Shown here piece after piece: positions 24,461 to 33,056 of a DNA stretch of 64,000 bases. Made by a program: the position numbers and the translations under genes. The notes beneath the pieces are model-generated. The model was not told the origin of the DNA. It made no database searches and worked only from the letters and a program-made list of their open reading frames with translations. The DNA lies in the IMG/VR virus record IMGVR_UViG_3300032236_001613, positions 62,001 to 126,000 of that record; one strand, 5' to 3'. How positions within the stretch are numbered: the stretch's first letter is position 1; each line of letters opens with the position of its first letter.

Positions 24461-24871
24461 TTAGGCCTGATCTGCATCCATCACATCACAAGTAAGTGGC
24501 CAAGGTCCACGATGCGGCGGGCGTTGCATTGCTTTATAATGATCATAATTGGTATTGGCTGCAGCATGATTTTCGATGTTACTTGCTACTGTTTCGGCAA
24601 TGTCTCTATTGCTGTAACTAGCAACTGGTGCCCACCCTTGCCCGTGTGCTTGATGTACACGGCGTGCAGCTTCCCCAGGGCTTAATCTAGTACCTGCTAC
24701 TACAGCTTCGACTACTACTTCAAATGGTGTAACTGCATCATTTAGGATTACTACTGTAAATCCTCCAGGGACGTATAGTGGTACTTCTTGTCTTTGACGA
24801 ACTGTTGGACGATCAACTACTGTATCATCGTCAGTATCTACTGGTGCTTCAACTAATTCTTGTATACGCAT
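24461..24871 (-). CDS. clpS: ATP-dependent Clp protease adaptor ClpS
   Basis: VVILNDAVTPFEVVV, EA.RRVHQAH.QG, AET, PLTC motifs of the ClpS fold. Confidence 0.8.
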   Translation of the reverse strand: MRIQELVEAPVDTDDDTVVDRPTVRQRQEVPLYVPGGFTVVILNDAVTPFEVVVEAVVAGTRLSPGEAARRVHQAHGQGWAPVASYSNRDIAETVASNIENHAAANTNYDHYKAMQRPPHRGPWPLTCDVMDADQA

Positions 24872-24875
24872 ACGA

Positions 24876-25268
24876 TTATGCCACCGTTGGTCTTATGGAT
24901 TTTTGTAATCCTTGTATATTTTTACCTAGATCGTCTTGATCTTTTTGTATTTGTTGACTTTTTTGTACAATTGCATCAAGTTCTTTCTGTTGTTCTGGGT
25001 TGTTAGCTAGTGGTAGACCTTCGGGATTTTTAAGAGCTTGTTTGGCAAGATTGTATCCGCCGGAAAATGCTCCAGCAGCACTGCCCATTTTAGCTGCTCC
25101 TACCTGTGCATTTGCCACAGTAGAACCCAATGCTGATCCAACTTTGCCAGCTAACTTACTAGCAATACCACCACTGCCTGGCGTATCTGTACTACCTGCT
25201 GTCGGAGTTCCAATAGTAGTAGTTCCACCCTGTTCAATTAAGTCAATATAATATCTTAGGTTTTTCAT
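24876..25268 (-). CDS. Gly/Ala-rich putative head protein
   Basis: MKNLRYYIDLIE; late box 5 nt upstream. Confidence 0.75.
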   Translation of the reverse strand: MKNLRYYIDLIEQGGTTTIGTPTAGSTDTPGSGGIASKLAGKVGSALGSTVANAQVGAAKMGSAAGAFSGGYNLAKQALKNPEGLPLANNPEQQKELDAIVQKSQQIQKDQDDLGKNIQGLQKSIRPTVA

Positions 25269-25306
25269 AAAGATATTTAGCTGAGTTTAAACAATAAATA
25301 GATTGT

Positions 25307-25498
25307 ATGCGCATACATGATTTATTAGAAAACTTTGCAGATGGTAAAGGTCCAGGACGTCCAGGCGATAGTCAACGTCATGGTATTCCAAAGAAAGCCA
25401 CAATGGCTCAGCTACAGAAAGCTGCTCGAGCTAAAGGACGTAAAGGACAATTAGCACGTTGGCAAATTAATATGCGTCGTGGTAAGAAGAAAAAGTAA
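25307..25498 (+). CDS. Small basic putative head protein (NFADGK type)
   Basis: MRIHDLLE-NFADGKGPGRPG; K/R-rich; late box. Confidence 0.8.
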   Translation: MRIHDLLENFADGKGPGRPGDSQRHGIPKKATMAQLQKAARAKGRKGQLARWQINMRRGKKKK

Positions 25499-25501
25499 TC
25501 T

Positions 25502-25702
25502 TTATTTTTTTACTAGATTTCTAATATCTTCGACTTTTTCTCTTTCGATTAGATCAATTATAACACCGGTGAGTTCTATTTCTTTCTTAATAAAGAACAT
25601 CTTACGATTAAGTTCTTCTAAGCGTTCTTGATAAAATTTTAATTCTTTTTCTTTTTCTTCTTTTAATTTGTATATGTCTTGAATTAAAATTATATCACTC
25701 AT
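25502..25702 (-). CDS. Small coiled-coil protein
   Basis: ORF coupled to 25708..26280. Confidence 0.7.
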   Translation of the reverse strand: MSDIILIQDIYKLKEEKEKELKFYQERLEELNRKMFFIKKEIELTGVIIDLIEREKVEDIRNLVKK

Positions 25703-25707
25703 TAGGC

Positions 25708-26280
25708 TTATCCCCAGCTAATACTAGCTCCATTTTCTTGAGCAAATTTTACCATTTTGATCAGTGCATCAATATATCTATCAATTTGACTTTGACTACG
25801 ACCCACATCTATCATTCTAGGACCAGTATGTCCGATATGTGTAACACCTTGATCGTCAGTATGCTGGCGGCCCATAGGACCACGTTCATCACTAGGGTCC
25901 TGAGTATATTGGCTAGTATTTTGATTCTTTAACTGGATAAGTCTACGCATAAGCTTAGGTAGATCTTGATGATGTATTATGCCCGAATAGTCAGTATCTG
26001 TAATTCCTAGCATACGTTGTATCTCAAACCCGTTGGAATTACTTACACTTAGTTCAGGAGCACTAGAAACCCATTCTTCGGTTTCTCCCGCACCATCACA
26101 GCGTCTGCATGTTTCTTCGCCGGTACTCCACCGCTGTTTTCCTGTGCCATCACATACAAAACAAGGCTCCATTTGTTTGCTTTGCCATTCCATACTGGAC
26201 CAAACTTTATCCCCGTCATAATCTGTTAATTTTACAGGGTTAAAGGTCATGCCTTCAATTAATAAATCTTTAATACGCAT
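25708..26280 (-). CDS. Zinc-finger (CxxCxGxG x2) putative head protein
   Basis: MRIKDLLIE; CFVCDGTG, CRRCDGAG. Confidence 0.8.
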   Translation of the reverse strand: MRIKDLLIEGMTFNPVKLTDYDGDKVWSSMEWQSKQMEPCFVCDGTGKQRWSTGEETCRRCDGAGETEEWVSSAPELSVSNSNGFEIQRMLGITDTDYSGIIHHQDLPKLMRRLIQLKNQNTSQYTQDPSDERGPMGRQHTDDQGVTHIGHTGPRMIDVGRSQSQIDRYIDALIKMVKFAQENGASISWG

Positions 26281-26304
26281 AAAATTATTTATGCCAAACT
26301 GATC

Positions 26305-27081
26305 TTACTTTGCAGGCGGGGGCGACTGTACAAAAAGTTTCTGTGCAGCGATGCTATCTACAGGCGGCGCAAGTATAGTCCAATCAGATCCTAACACAGG
26401 TGTTAGATGAATATGACTACGAGGTATCCAATACTTATCTACATCAATATCTAACTGATCAACCATATTACTGATAACCGAATCTAAACAAACTAATGCG
26501 TTAGCGTTTTCGATAATAGTCAACCAATCAAAAATACTACCTGTAATGCCTTCTCGAATATCGATGCGTTGCCAATCCGATGGCAAACTTGAAAGGTCAG
26601 GATTAGTTTTAAAGCTGCTGCCTTCCAAATGTGTTACGTAGTAATTGGTATTCTTTACTAGACGATCGTACAATGCGTTTTCGGTTACTGTGTCTCTAGT
26701 AATGCATTCAGATAACTTCCATTTATTTTTAAAAGGAACTCCAGCTTTAGTATACTTAAACTCATCAAATTTCTGTATTTGGAACCAAGGAACGTCGCTG
26801 AGTTCTGGGATTACATTTAGGCTCTGATATAAGCAGACTATTTCATCACAGCCCGCTTTGTTAAGTAGCTTCATCGGATCCTCGTAGAAGAATTTACCAG
26901 CTGCGTCGGTTACCATAGGAATCCAATTTACCCAAGGTGCAGTGTTGATAAAACTTGGTAAAAATTCCTGACAAATTGGCCAATAAATTTGTACACCTTC
27001 GTTGTAATAATAACGTGCAATAGGCAACGCCATGCAAATATCACCTAATCCTCTACTCTGTATAATGCCAAGTTTCTTCAT
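26305..27081 (-). CDS. Glycosyltransferase, GT9/heptosyltransferase-like
   Basis: IIQSRGLGDICMALP, DWL.IIENA..LVCLDS. Confidence 0.7.
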   Translation of the reverse strand: MKKLGIIQSRGLGDICMALPIARYYYNEGVQIYWPICQEFLPSFINTAPWVNWIPMVTDAAGKFFYEDPMKLLNKAGCDEIVCLYQSLNVIPELSDVPWFQIQKFDEFKYTKAGVPFKNKWKLSECITRDTVTENALYDRLVKNTNYYVTHLEGSSFKTNPDLSSLPSDWQRIDIREGITGSIFDWLTIIENANALVCLDSVISNMVDQLDIDVDKYWIPRSHIHLTPVLGSDWTILAPPVDSIAAQKLFVQSPPPAK

Positions 27082-27160
27082 ATGTTCCTCTTAAGTAAAA
27101 TAATATACGTATTTAATATTTGTCTAATATCTAAATTATAATTTTGATATAAATAATTGT

Positions 27161-27424
27161 ATGAGAGCAAGAGACTTCATCACTGAAAAGAAACGTAAAA
27201 TTAAATCGCCTACACGTAGCCAATGCTCAGTAGGCAAATCTACTATGAGCAACGTAAGACGCTCACAGTGTGTTTCACTAGGATATCTAGCACATGATTC
27301 CGATCATACTATGGGTACAGGTACTCAGGGTAAAAAAGGTACAGGAGTACCACTTAGAGGTAAAAAAGCTAAGAGTGAAAAGCATGGTGGTCCTGTTAAA
27401 AACTACGGCGGTAGCCACAGCTAA
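27161..27424 (+). CDS. Small basic putative head protein
   Basis: MRARDFITE; K/R/G-rich; TATAAATA 5 nt upstream. Confidence 0.75.
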   Translation: MRARDFITEKKRKIKSPTRSQCSVGKSTMSNVRRSQCVSLGYLAHDSDHTMGTGTQGKKGTGVPLRGKKAKSEKHGGPVKNYGGSHS

Positions 27425-27457
27425 GTTAAATATTAGGGAACACCCTGATATCTTTAA

Positions 27458-28012
27458 ATGTATAACTTTATAAAATATGTCACTGAAGGCCGCAAAGAAC
27501 GACTAGAACAAGTTACGCTACCCTATGATCGTAATGATTTAGGTAATAGCCTAAGCAAAGATACGCTAGATTTACACTACGGTAAACTTTACAAAGCATA
27601 TGTAGATAGATATAATAAAGGTGAAGGTGACGATGATTTTAACGAAGCTGGTGCTTTCCTACATGCTATATACTTCACACAGTTCCGTTCACTAACTAGC
27701 AATAATCAACCTACAGAGCAAAGTTTAGAATTTGTTGAACAACATTTTAAATCATTTGAAAACTTTAAGAAAGAATTCTTAAAAACTGCTATGGGCATAC
27801 AAGGAGCAGGATGGGTTTACTTAGCCCGTAATGGCGAGCTTAAAACAATTAAGAATCACGAAATTAGAAAAGACATTGTACTATTGATTGATTGGTGGGA
27901 ACATTCGTTTCTGATTGACTTCGGTAGTGACAAAGAGAAATACCTAGAAGGCCAATGGCGCATTATTGATTGGACAAAAATAAACTATCTCTTGACAGGT
28001 ATGTCTAAGTAA
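27458..28012 (+). CDS. sod: Fe/Mn superoxide dismutase
   Basis: Metal ligands LH(YGK), FLH, DWWEH; L..LPY..; G.GW..L. Confidence 0.9.
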   Translation: MYNFIKYVTEGRKERLEQVTLPYDRNDLGNSLSKDTLDLHYGKLYKAYVDRYNKGEGDDDFNEAGAFLHAIYFTQFRSLTSNNQPTEQSLEFVEQHFKSFENFKKEFLKTAMGIQGAGWVYLARNGELKTIKNHEIRKDIVLLIDWWEHSFLIDFGSDKEKYLEGQWRIIDWTKINYLLTGMSK

Positions 28013-28038
28013 AGTATATTACTATACGAGGTAAGAAT

Positions 28039-28374
28039 ATGAAAAAGTTACTTTTAATTCTAGCACTAACAATTCCGTTTGCTACAGCTCACGCCGATCC
28101 TGAACATCATCACGATCGTGATCATCACGAATGGCACGAACGCGGCGGTCATTTTGGCTGGGGTGAATTCGTTGGCGGAATAATCTTAGGTGGCATCATT
28201 GCACATGAAGTAAATGGTCATTACTATGACAACGACGAAGACGAAGTTCGCCGCGTATCTGTATGTAACGATTATCCTGTAGTTGATCAATGGGGACACT
28301 ACGTCTTTGATAATCAGGGACATATGATAATTGAACGTCGTTGCCACGATGAATGGATAAGGGTAAATCGATGA
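28039..28374 (+). CDS. Exported His-rich protein
   Basis: Signal peptide MKKLLLILAL..AHA; GGIILGGII. Confidence 0.75.
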   Translation: MKKLLLILALTIPFATAHADPEHHHDRDHHEWHERGGHFGWGEFVGGIILGGIIAHEVNGHYYDNDEDEVRRVSVCNDYPVVDQWGHYVFDNQGHMIIERRCHDEWIRVNR

Positions 28375-28703
28375 TAACTGTATCTGCTGCTGCTGCAAAA
28401 CGCATTTGGGAAATACTAGAAGAGGAAGGCAATACTGACTTTGCTTTTAGAATTTCTGTAATCGGCGGCGGATGCTCAGGCTTTAAGTATAACTTTTCTA
28501 TTATTGACCCAAAATGGGTTAATTTCGACGACTATCATGTAATTGAAACTAACGGAATAAAGTTAGTAATAGACACAATGAGTATGGAATACCTAGATGG
28601 ATCCACAGTAGATTTTATTAAACGTTTGTTCAGCAGCGAATTTAAAATAAACAATCCTAAAGCTAAACAAAAATGCGGCTGTGGAAATAGTTTCGGCGCA
28701 TGA
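28371..28703 (+). CDS. Iron-sulfur cluster carrier, HesB/IscA/ErpA family
   Basis: GGGCSGFKY and CGCGNSF; start at 28371 (ATGA overlap). Confidence 0.92.
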   Translation: MITVSAAAAKRIWEILEEEGNTDFAFRISVIGGGCSGFKYNFSIIDPKWVNFDDYHVIETNGIKLVIDTMSMEYLDGSTVDFIKRLFSSEFKINNPKAKQKCGCGNSFGA

Positions 28704-28945
28704 AAAAGTATCGTAGGATAGCATCTTGGACTTTGCGTATTAGTCCTAAAAAAGAATACTGTTTTGATGATCTAGGCGAAGTTGTATTATCGCCTAACGT
28801 AGGAACTACATACTTACATTGGTACTCCGTTAAAGGCAATTTAACCGCTACTGCTACATTAGATGAACACATGATAGTGTCCACTCCGGTGAGAGTAGTT
28901 AATAATTCCGAAGATATTACTTTGGTCAACGTCATTGAAATTTAA
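28700..28945 (+). CDS. Hypothetical protein
   Basis: ATGA overlap. Confidence 0.6.
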   Translation: MKKYRRIASWTLRISPKKEYCFDDLGEVVLSPNVGTTYLHWYSVKGNLTATATLDEHMIVSTPVRVVNNSEDITLVNVIEI

Positions 28946-29013
28946 ATTGGTTGACTCTGTTGGTAATTCCATGTATATTAGTACTTTAATTTAATACACA
29001 GGTACTATACTAT

Positions 29014-30321
29014 ATGCATCACATTATTCAAGAACTTGCTGCAGACAATAGCCGCCTAGCTAAGGAAGCTATCCTTAAGCGTGAAGCCAACGCTGGTAAC
29101 GAAGAATTCTTCGAAGGTTGCCGTCTTGCGTTGGATAACCTTATGTCATTTGGTGTTAAGAAGGTTCCTACTTATTCTGGTCCAGATGGGCAAGGATTGC
29201 CGTGGGCTGCATTTACACAACTAGCAAATAGTCTTTATCGACGAGAGCTTACTGGGCATGCTGCCCGTGACGCTATTGAACTAGCAATGAGTGCTAGCAC
29301 CAAGGATCAGTGGAATCACTGGTACCGATTGATTTTGTTAAAAGATCTCAAGTGTGGCGTTAGTGAAAAGACCATTAACAAAGTACTTAAGAATACTAAG
29401 ATTAAGCCTGTGCCAGGATTCTCCTGTATGTTAGCTCACGACGGTGCTAATCATGAAAAGAAAATTGCAGGTAAGAAGTTACTTGAACCTAAGCTTGACG
29501 GTGTGCGTGTACTCACTGTTATTAATACAGTTAATCGCACCGTAACACAATACACTAGAAATGGTAAGATCCTAGAAAACTTTTCGCATATTACACAAGC
29601 TATCGAAGAACATATCGACCAGTTTGGACGTAGCTGTGTCCTTGACGGTGAAATGATTAGTACTAGCTTTCAGGCTCTTATGAAGCAGGTTCATCGCAAG
29701 GAAAATGTACAAGCAGATGATGCTGTGCTAATGTTGTTTGACATTATTCCTCTAACTGAATTCCAACTGGGTAAGAGTGCATTAGGGCAGCGTCGACGTA
29801 GCAATTTGCTTAAATCTTTTAAACCAGTGTTTGACCAAATTGGTAACATTGGTGTTATTCCGCAAACTGAAGTGGACCTTGATAGTTATGTAGGCGAGCT
29901 GCAGTTTAAAGAATTTAACAAAGAAGCTATTGATAATGGCTATGAAGGAATAATGATAAAAGACGTCGACGGAGTTTACGAATGTAAGCGTTCTGTCAAA
30001 TGGCTTAAGCAAAAACCTTATATTGAAGTAAGTCTTGCTGTAGTTGGCCTTGAGGAAGGCACTGGCAAGAATGAAGGACGCTTGGGTGCACTTATCTGTG
30101 AAGGCGAGGACGACGGGAAGCACATTCGAGTTAACGTTGGTAGTGGATTTACTGATGAACAGCGTCGAGAATTTTGGGAAGAACAAGACATCATGATTGA
30201 TCAAGTTGTAGAAATTCGTGCAGATGCTGCTACACTTAATCAAGATAGCGACAACATCTATAGTTTGCGTTTTCCAAGATTTCTACGGTTCCGTGGATTT
30301 AGCGTAGGAGAAAAAATCTAA
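29014..30321 (+). CDS. lig: ATP-dependent DNA ligase
   Basis: EPKLDGVR (motif I), LDGEM, FDI, EGIMIK, WLKQK, C-terminal OB fold SLRFPRF. Confidence 0.95.
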   Translation: MHHIIQELAADNSRLAKEAILKREANAGNEEFFEGCRLALDNLMSFGVKKVPTYSGPDGQGLPWAAFTQLANSLYRRELTGHAARDAIELAMSASTKDQWNHWYRLILLKDLKCGVSEKTINKVLKNTKIKPVPGFSCMLAHDGANHEKKIAGKKLLEPKLDGVRVLTVINTVNRTVTQYTRNGKILENFSHITQAIEEHIDQFGRSCVLDGEMISTSFQALMKQVHRKENVQADDAVLMLFDIIPLTEFQLGKSALGQRRRSNLLKSFKPVFDQIGNIGVIPQTEVDLDSYVGELQFKEFNKEAIDNGYEGIMIKDVDGVYECKRSVKWLKQKPYIEVSLAVVGLEEGTGKNEGRLGALICEGEDDGKHIRVNVGSGFTDEQRREFWEEQDIMIDQVVEIRADAATLNQDSDNIYSLRFPRFLRFRGFSVGEKI

Positions 30322-30542
30322 TGACTGAAGAAGCAGCAAAATACAATGTTAATCGTCCGCAGGTTAAAACTGTTAAAACCAAAGAAGAACAGTATCTATC
30401 AATTCTTAAAGAATTTGCTGATGAATATAATATAATAGGATGTTATCCTGCAATTACTAAAGAAGAAATTGCAGATAGGCTCAATCCAATTGCTAAAAAA
30501 ATCTATAAAATTTTGGACAAACTGGAGCGCGGTAATGGATGA
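30321..30542 (+). CDS. Hypothetical protein
   Basis: TAATG coupling. Confidence 0.6.
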   Translation: MTEEAAKYNVNRPQVKTVKTKEEQYLSILKEFADEYNIIGCYPAITKEEIADRLNPIAKKIYKILDKLERGNG

Positions 30543-30723
30543 GCTTGATTCTTATCACACGCACGAAGCACTAGATCGTATAAATTGTGTGCTAATTATG
30601 ATAGAGGAACTGCTAAGAAAGCATCCCTATATTGAACAAAATGAAGATATTAAAGAATCTGTTGATCATGCAGCCGATCATCTCAGCAGAGCTTATCAAC
30701 TAATCGGCCAACGACATTTATAA
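30535..30723 (+). CDS. Small conserved phage protein
   Basis: HEALDR..L.KHP..AYQ.IG; start at ATG 30535. Confidence 0.7.
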   Translation: MDELDSYHTHEALDRINCVLIMIEELLRKHPYIEQNEDIKESVDHAADHLSRAYQLIGQRHL

Positions 30724-30740
30724 AGGAGATCGTAAGTAAA

Positions 30741-30959
30741 GTGGCAAAAGAATCAGCAATTGAATTAGAAGGGTTTGTAGAAGAAGTGTTGCCGAATGCA
30801 ACATTTAAGATTAAAGTTAACGAAAAGCACAGCTTGCTTGCTGTGATTTCTGGCAAAATGCGCCAGAACAAAATCCAGATTCTCACTGGTGATCGTGTGC
30901 GGGTTGAAGTTTCCCCCTATGATCTAACACGTGGTCGAGTAGTTTATCGAGAGAAATAA
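30741..30959 (+). CDS. infA: Translation initiation factor IF-1
   Basis: [40 protein letters not shown]. Confidence 0.97.
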   Translation: MAKESAIELEGFVEEVLPNATFKIKVNEKHSLLAVISGKMRQNKIQILTGDRVRVEVSPYDLTRGRVVYREK

Positions 30960-30960
30960 G

Positions 30961-30992
30961 AAAAAGCGCAGTGTAAAAACTGCGCTTTTTTT
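30961..30992. terminator. Bidirectional rho-independent terminator
   Basis: AAAAAGCGCAGT-GTAAAA-ACTGCGCTTTTT between convergent infA and HNH. Confidence 0.9.
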
Positions 30993-31512
30993 ATGGGCTG
31001 ATATATTTTACCCAAACTGGATGGATGCGATCGTCATCCACTGACAGTTTGCGCTTTTCTGCGACTAATTGGTGATAAGTGGGCTTAACCGGCGTCTTCT
31101 TAGGACGAATGCGGTGATCGTTACCTTTAGTTGAGTTACATTTTCCACATGCGCAGACAGTATTCTCGTATGTGTTTTTACCACCATGACTTAATGGTAA
31201 TACATGATCGAGTGTAGCATCTTTGCGACTAACGTCTACGCCGCAGTATTGGCAGATGTAACCATCGCGTAGAAACACATTCTGCTTACTCCAGCGAATG
31301 CTTGCTTTGCGTTTTTCATATTCTTTTAAAATAACTACTGCTGGTACGCGAGTTTCCCAATTTACGCTGCGAACAATCCAGTCTTCGTGCCATTCAAGCA
31401 CTACGACCTTGTCCAGAACTAATTGAAGAATTGCTTCTTTCCAGCTCATGGTACTGAGTGGAATCATTGAAACAGGGCTACCGTCAGTGTTAAGTTTTAA
31501 CGTTGCTGCCAT
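30991..31512 (-). CDS. HNH endonuclease (McrA-like)
   Basis: RD...CQYCG..TLDHVLP.S.GG...N.V.AC..CN..K. Confidence 0.9.
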   Translation of the reverse strand: MAATLKLNTDGSPVSMIPLSTMSWKEAILQLVLDKVVVLEWHEDWIVRSVNWETRVPAVVILKEYEKRKASIRWSKQNVFLRDGYICQYCGVDVSRKDATLDHVLPLSHGGKNTYENTVCACGKCNSTKGNDHRIRPKKTPVKPTYHQLVAEKRKLSVDDDRIHPVWVKYISP

Positions 31513-31643
31513 ATTATACCTATATTTAGCTGTTTTGAAACATAGATTTATTATAACTAGGAATTACCAAAACAGCAACCAAAACTTTACCAACGCCTTT
31601 GAATAAATATCCATATACGGTACAACGGTAGGACCTTTAAAAC

Positions 31644-33041
31644 ATGAGTATACAATATATTAATACAGGAACAGCTCCAAACTCTGGTAACGGAGACGTT
31701 CTGAGAACAGCATTTAACAAAGTAAATGCTAATTTTAAAGAAATTACTACCTATATTGTACAGAGTTCAACGCCGCCTGCTACTACAGGAACTACAGTAT
31801 TATGGTATGATACAGTAGGCGGAAGAATGTATACCTACCTCGGTGGATCTTGGGTTGATACTAGCCCTATATTCTTGTATCCATATGGTAATACCGGAAC
31901 AGCAGGTGTAGTTAAAGTTGACGGAACTACTTTAGTTACTGTTGGAAATACCGGTACTATTGCAGTAAATGTCAATGCTTTTCCTAGTAACATTATTCCA
32001 GCAAGAGATTCTACATATGATTTAGGATCAACATCAACTCAATGGCGTAGCATCTATGTTAGCACAGGCAGTATCTACGTTGGTAAATCGGTAATTAATG
32101 CCGAAAGTGCAGATGGTCCTTTACATATTGCATCACCTCAAGGGGTTATGATTGATAATACTGCAACATTTAACGACGATCTTATCGTAACCGGAAATAT
32201 AAGATTCTTAGGATCCTCAACACAGGGAAATTCCGGAATATTCTTTGGTGACCAGTACGGTATTAACGCATTATATGCAGGTGTACAGGCAGGATATACT
32301 CCCTTGCCGGCAACAGTATTTCAAGCTAGTGCTAATATTGGCGGGTACATTCAAAATAATTTCCAGAACATTAATGCAGGACCACAAGCCTCGACTGAAT
32401 GGGTAGCAACTGCTGATAACGGAACAGACAGTATCAATTATGTTGACTTAGGGATTGCTGGGAGCACATGGGATGGATCACAGGCTAATAGTCTCGGAAC
32501 TGCTGCACAGCCAAACGATGCATGGCTATACACATTAGGTAATCCTACTAACGGTACCGGCGGCAATTTACTAGTAGGAACTGCACAAAACGGCAAGAGT
32601 GTTTTAATTATAGCAGGAAGTGCAGGACCAACTAGTGTAGTAGCAACTTTTAATAGCTCAGGATTGAGTCTTAATAACAATTCTATACTTGAGTTTGCCG
32701 ACACAACTGTACAAACAACTGCATGGACTGGCAATGTTATTACAAGCTGGCAAGCAACTCCAACTACTGCTACTTACGTAGTTGCTGCAACTGATTCAGT
32801 AATATTAGTTGACAATAATGGGCAAACAGCAAATGTAACTTTACCTACTAATTCGCCACAAGGCAAACAGTTTACTATTAAGAAAATTAATGGTGCAGGG
32901 CAGAACCTTAATGTAAGTATCACAGGCGGAGCATTAATTGATGGTATTAACAGCACAGTTACTATCGCTACTGCAACCGGATACTTAACAGTGATTGCTG
33001 ATAGTAATAGTGCTTACTGGATAATTAATGAATTATTATAA
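31644..33041 (+). CDS. Baseplate-attached fibre protein
   Basis: N-terminus INTG..PNSGNGDVLRTAFNKVNANF resembles T4 gp9/gp10 N-termini. Confidence 0.75.
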   Translation: MSIQYINTGTAPNSGNGDVLRTAFNKVNANFKEITTYIVQSSTPPATTGTTVLWYDTVGGRMYTYLGGSWVDTSPIFLYPYGNTGTAGVVKVDGTTLVTVGNTGTIAVNVNAFPSNIIPARDSTYDLGSTSTQWRSIYVSTGSIYVGKSVINAESADGPLHIASPQGVMIDNTATFNDDLIVTGNIRFLGSSTQGNSGIFFGDQYGINALYAGVQAGYTPLPATVFQASANIGGYIQNNFQNINAGPQASTEWVATADNGTDSINYVDLGIAGSTWDGSQANSLGTAAQPNDAWLYTLGNPTNGTGGNLLVGTAQNGKSVLIIAGSAGPTSVVATFNSSGLSLNNNSILEFADTTVQTTAWTGNVITSWQATPTTATYVVAATDSVILVDNNGQTANVTLPTNSPQGKQFTIKKINGAGQNLNVSITGGALIDGINSTVTIATATGYLTVIADSNSAYWIINELL

Positions 33042-33056
33042 TAGGAACGTAATTTA

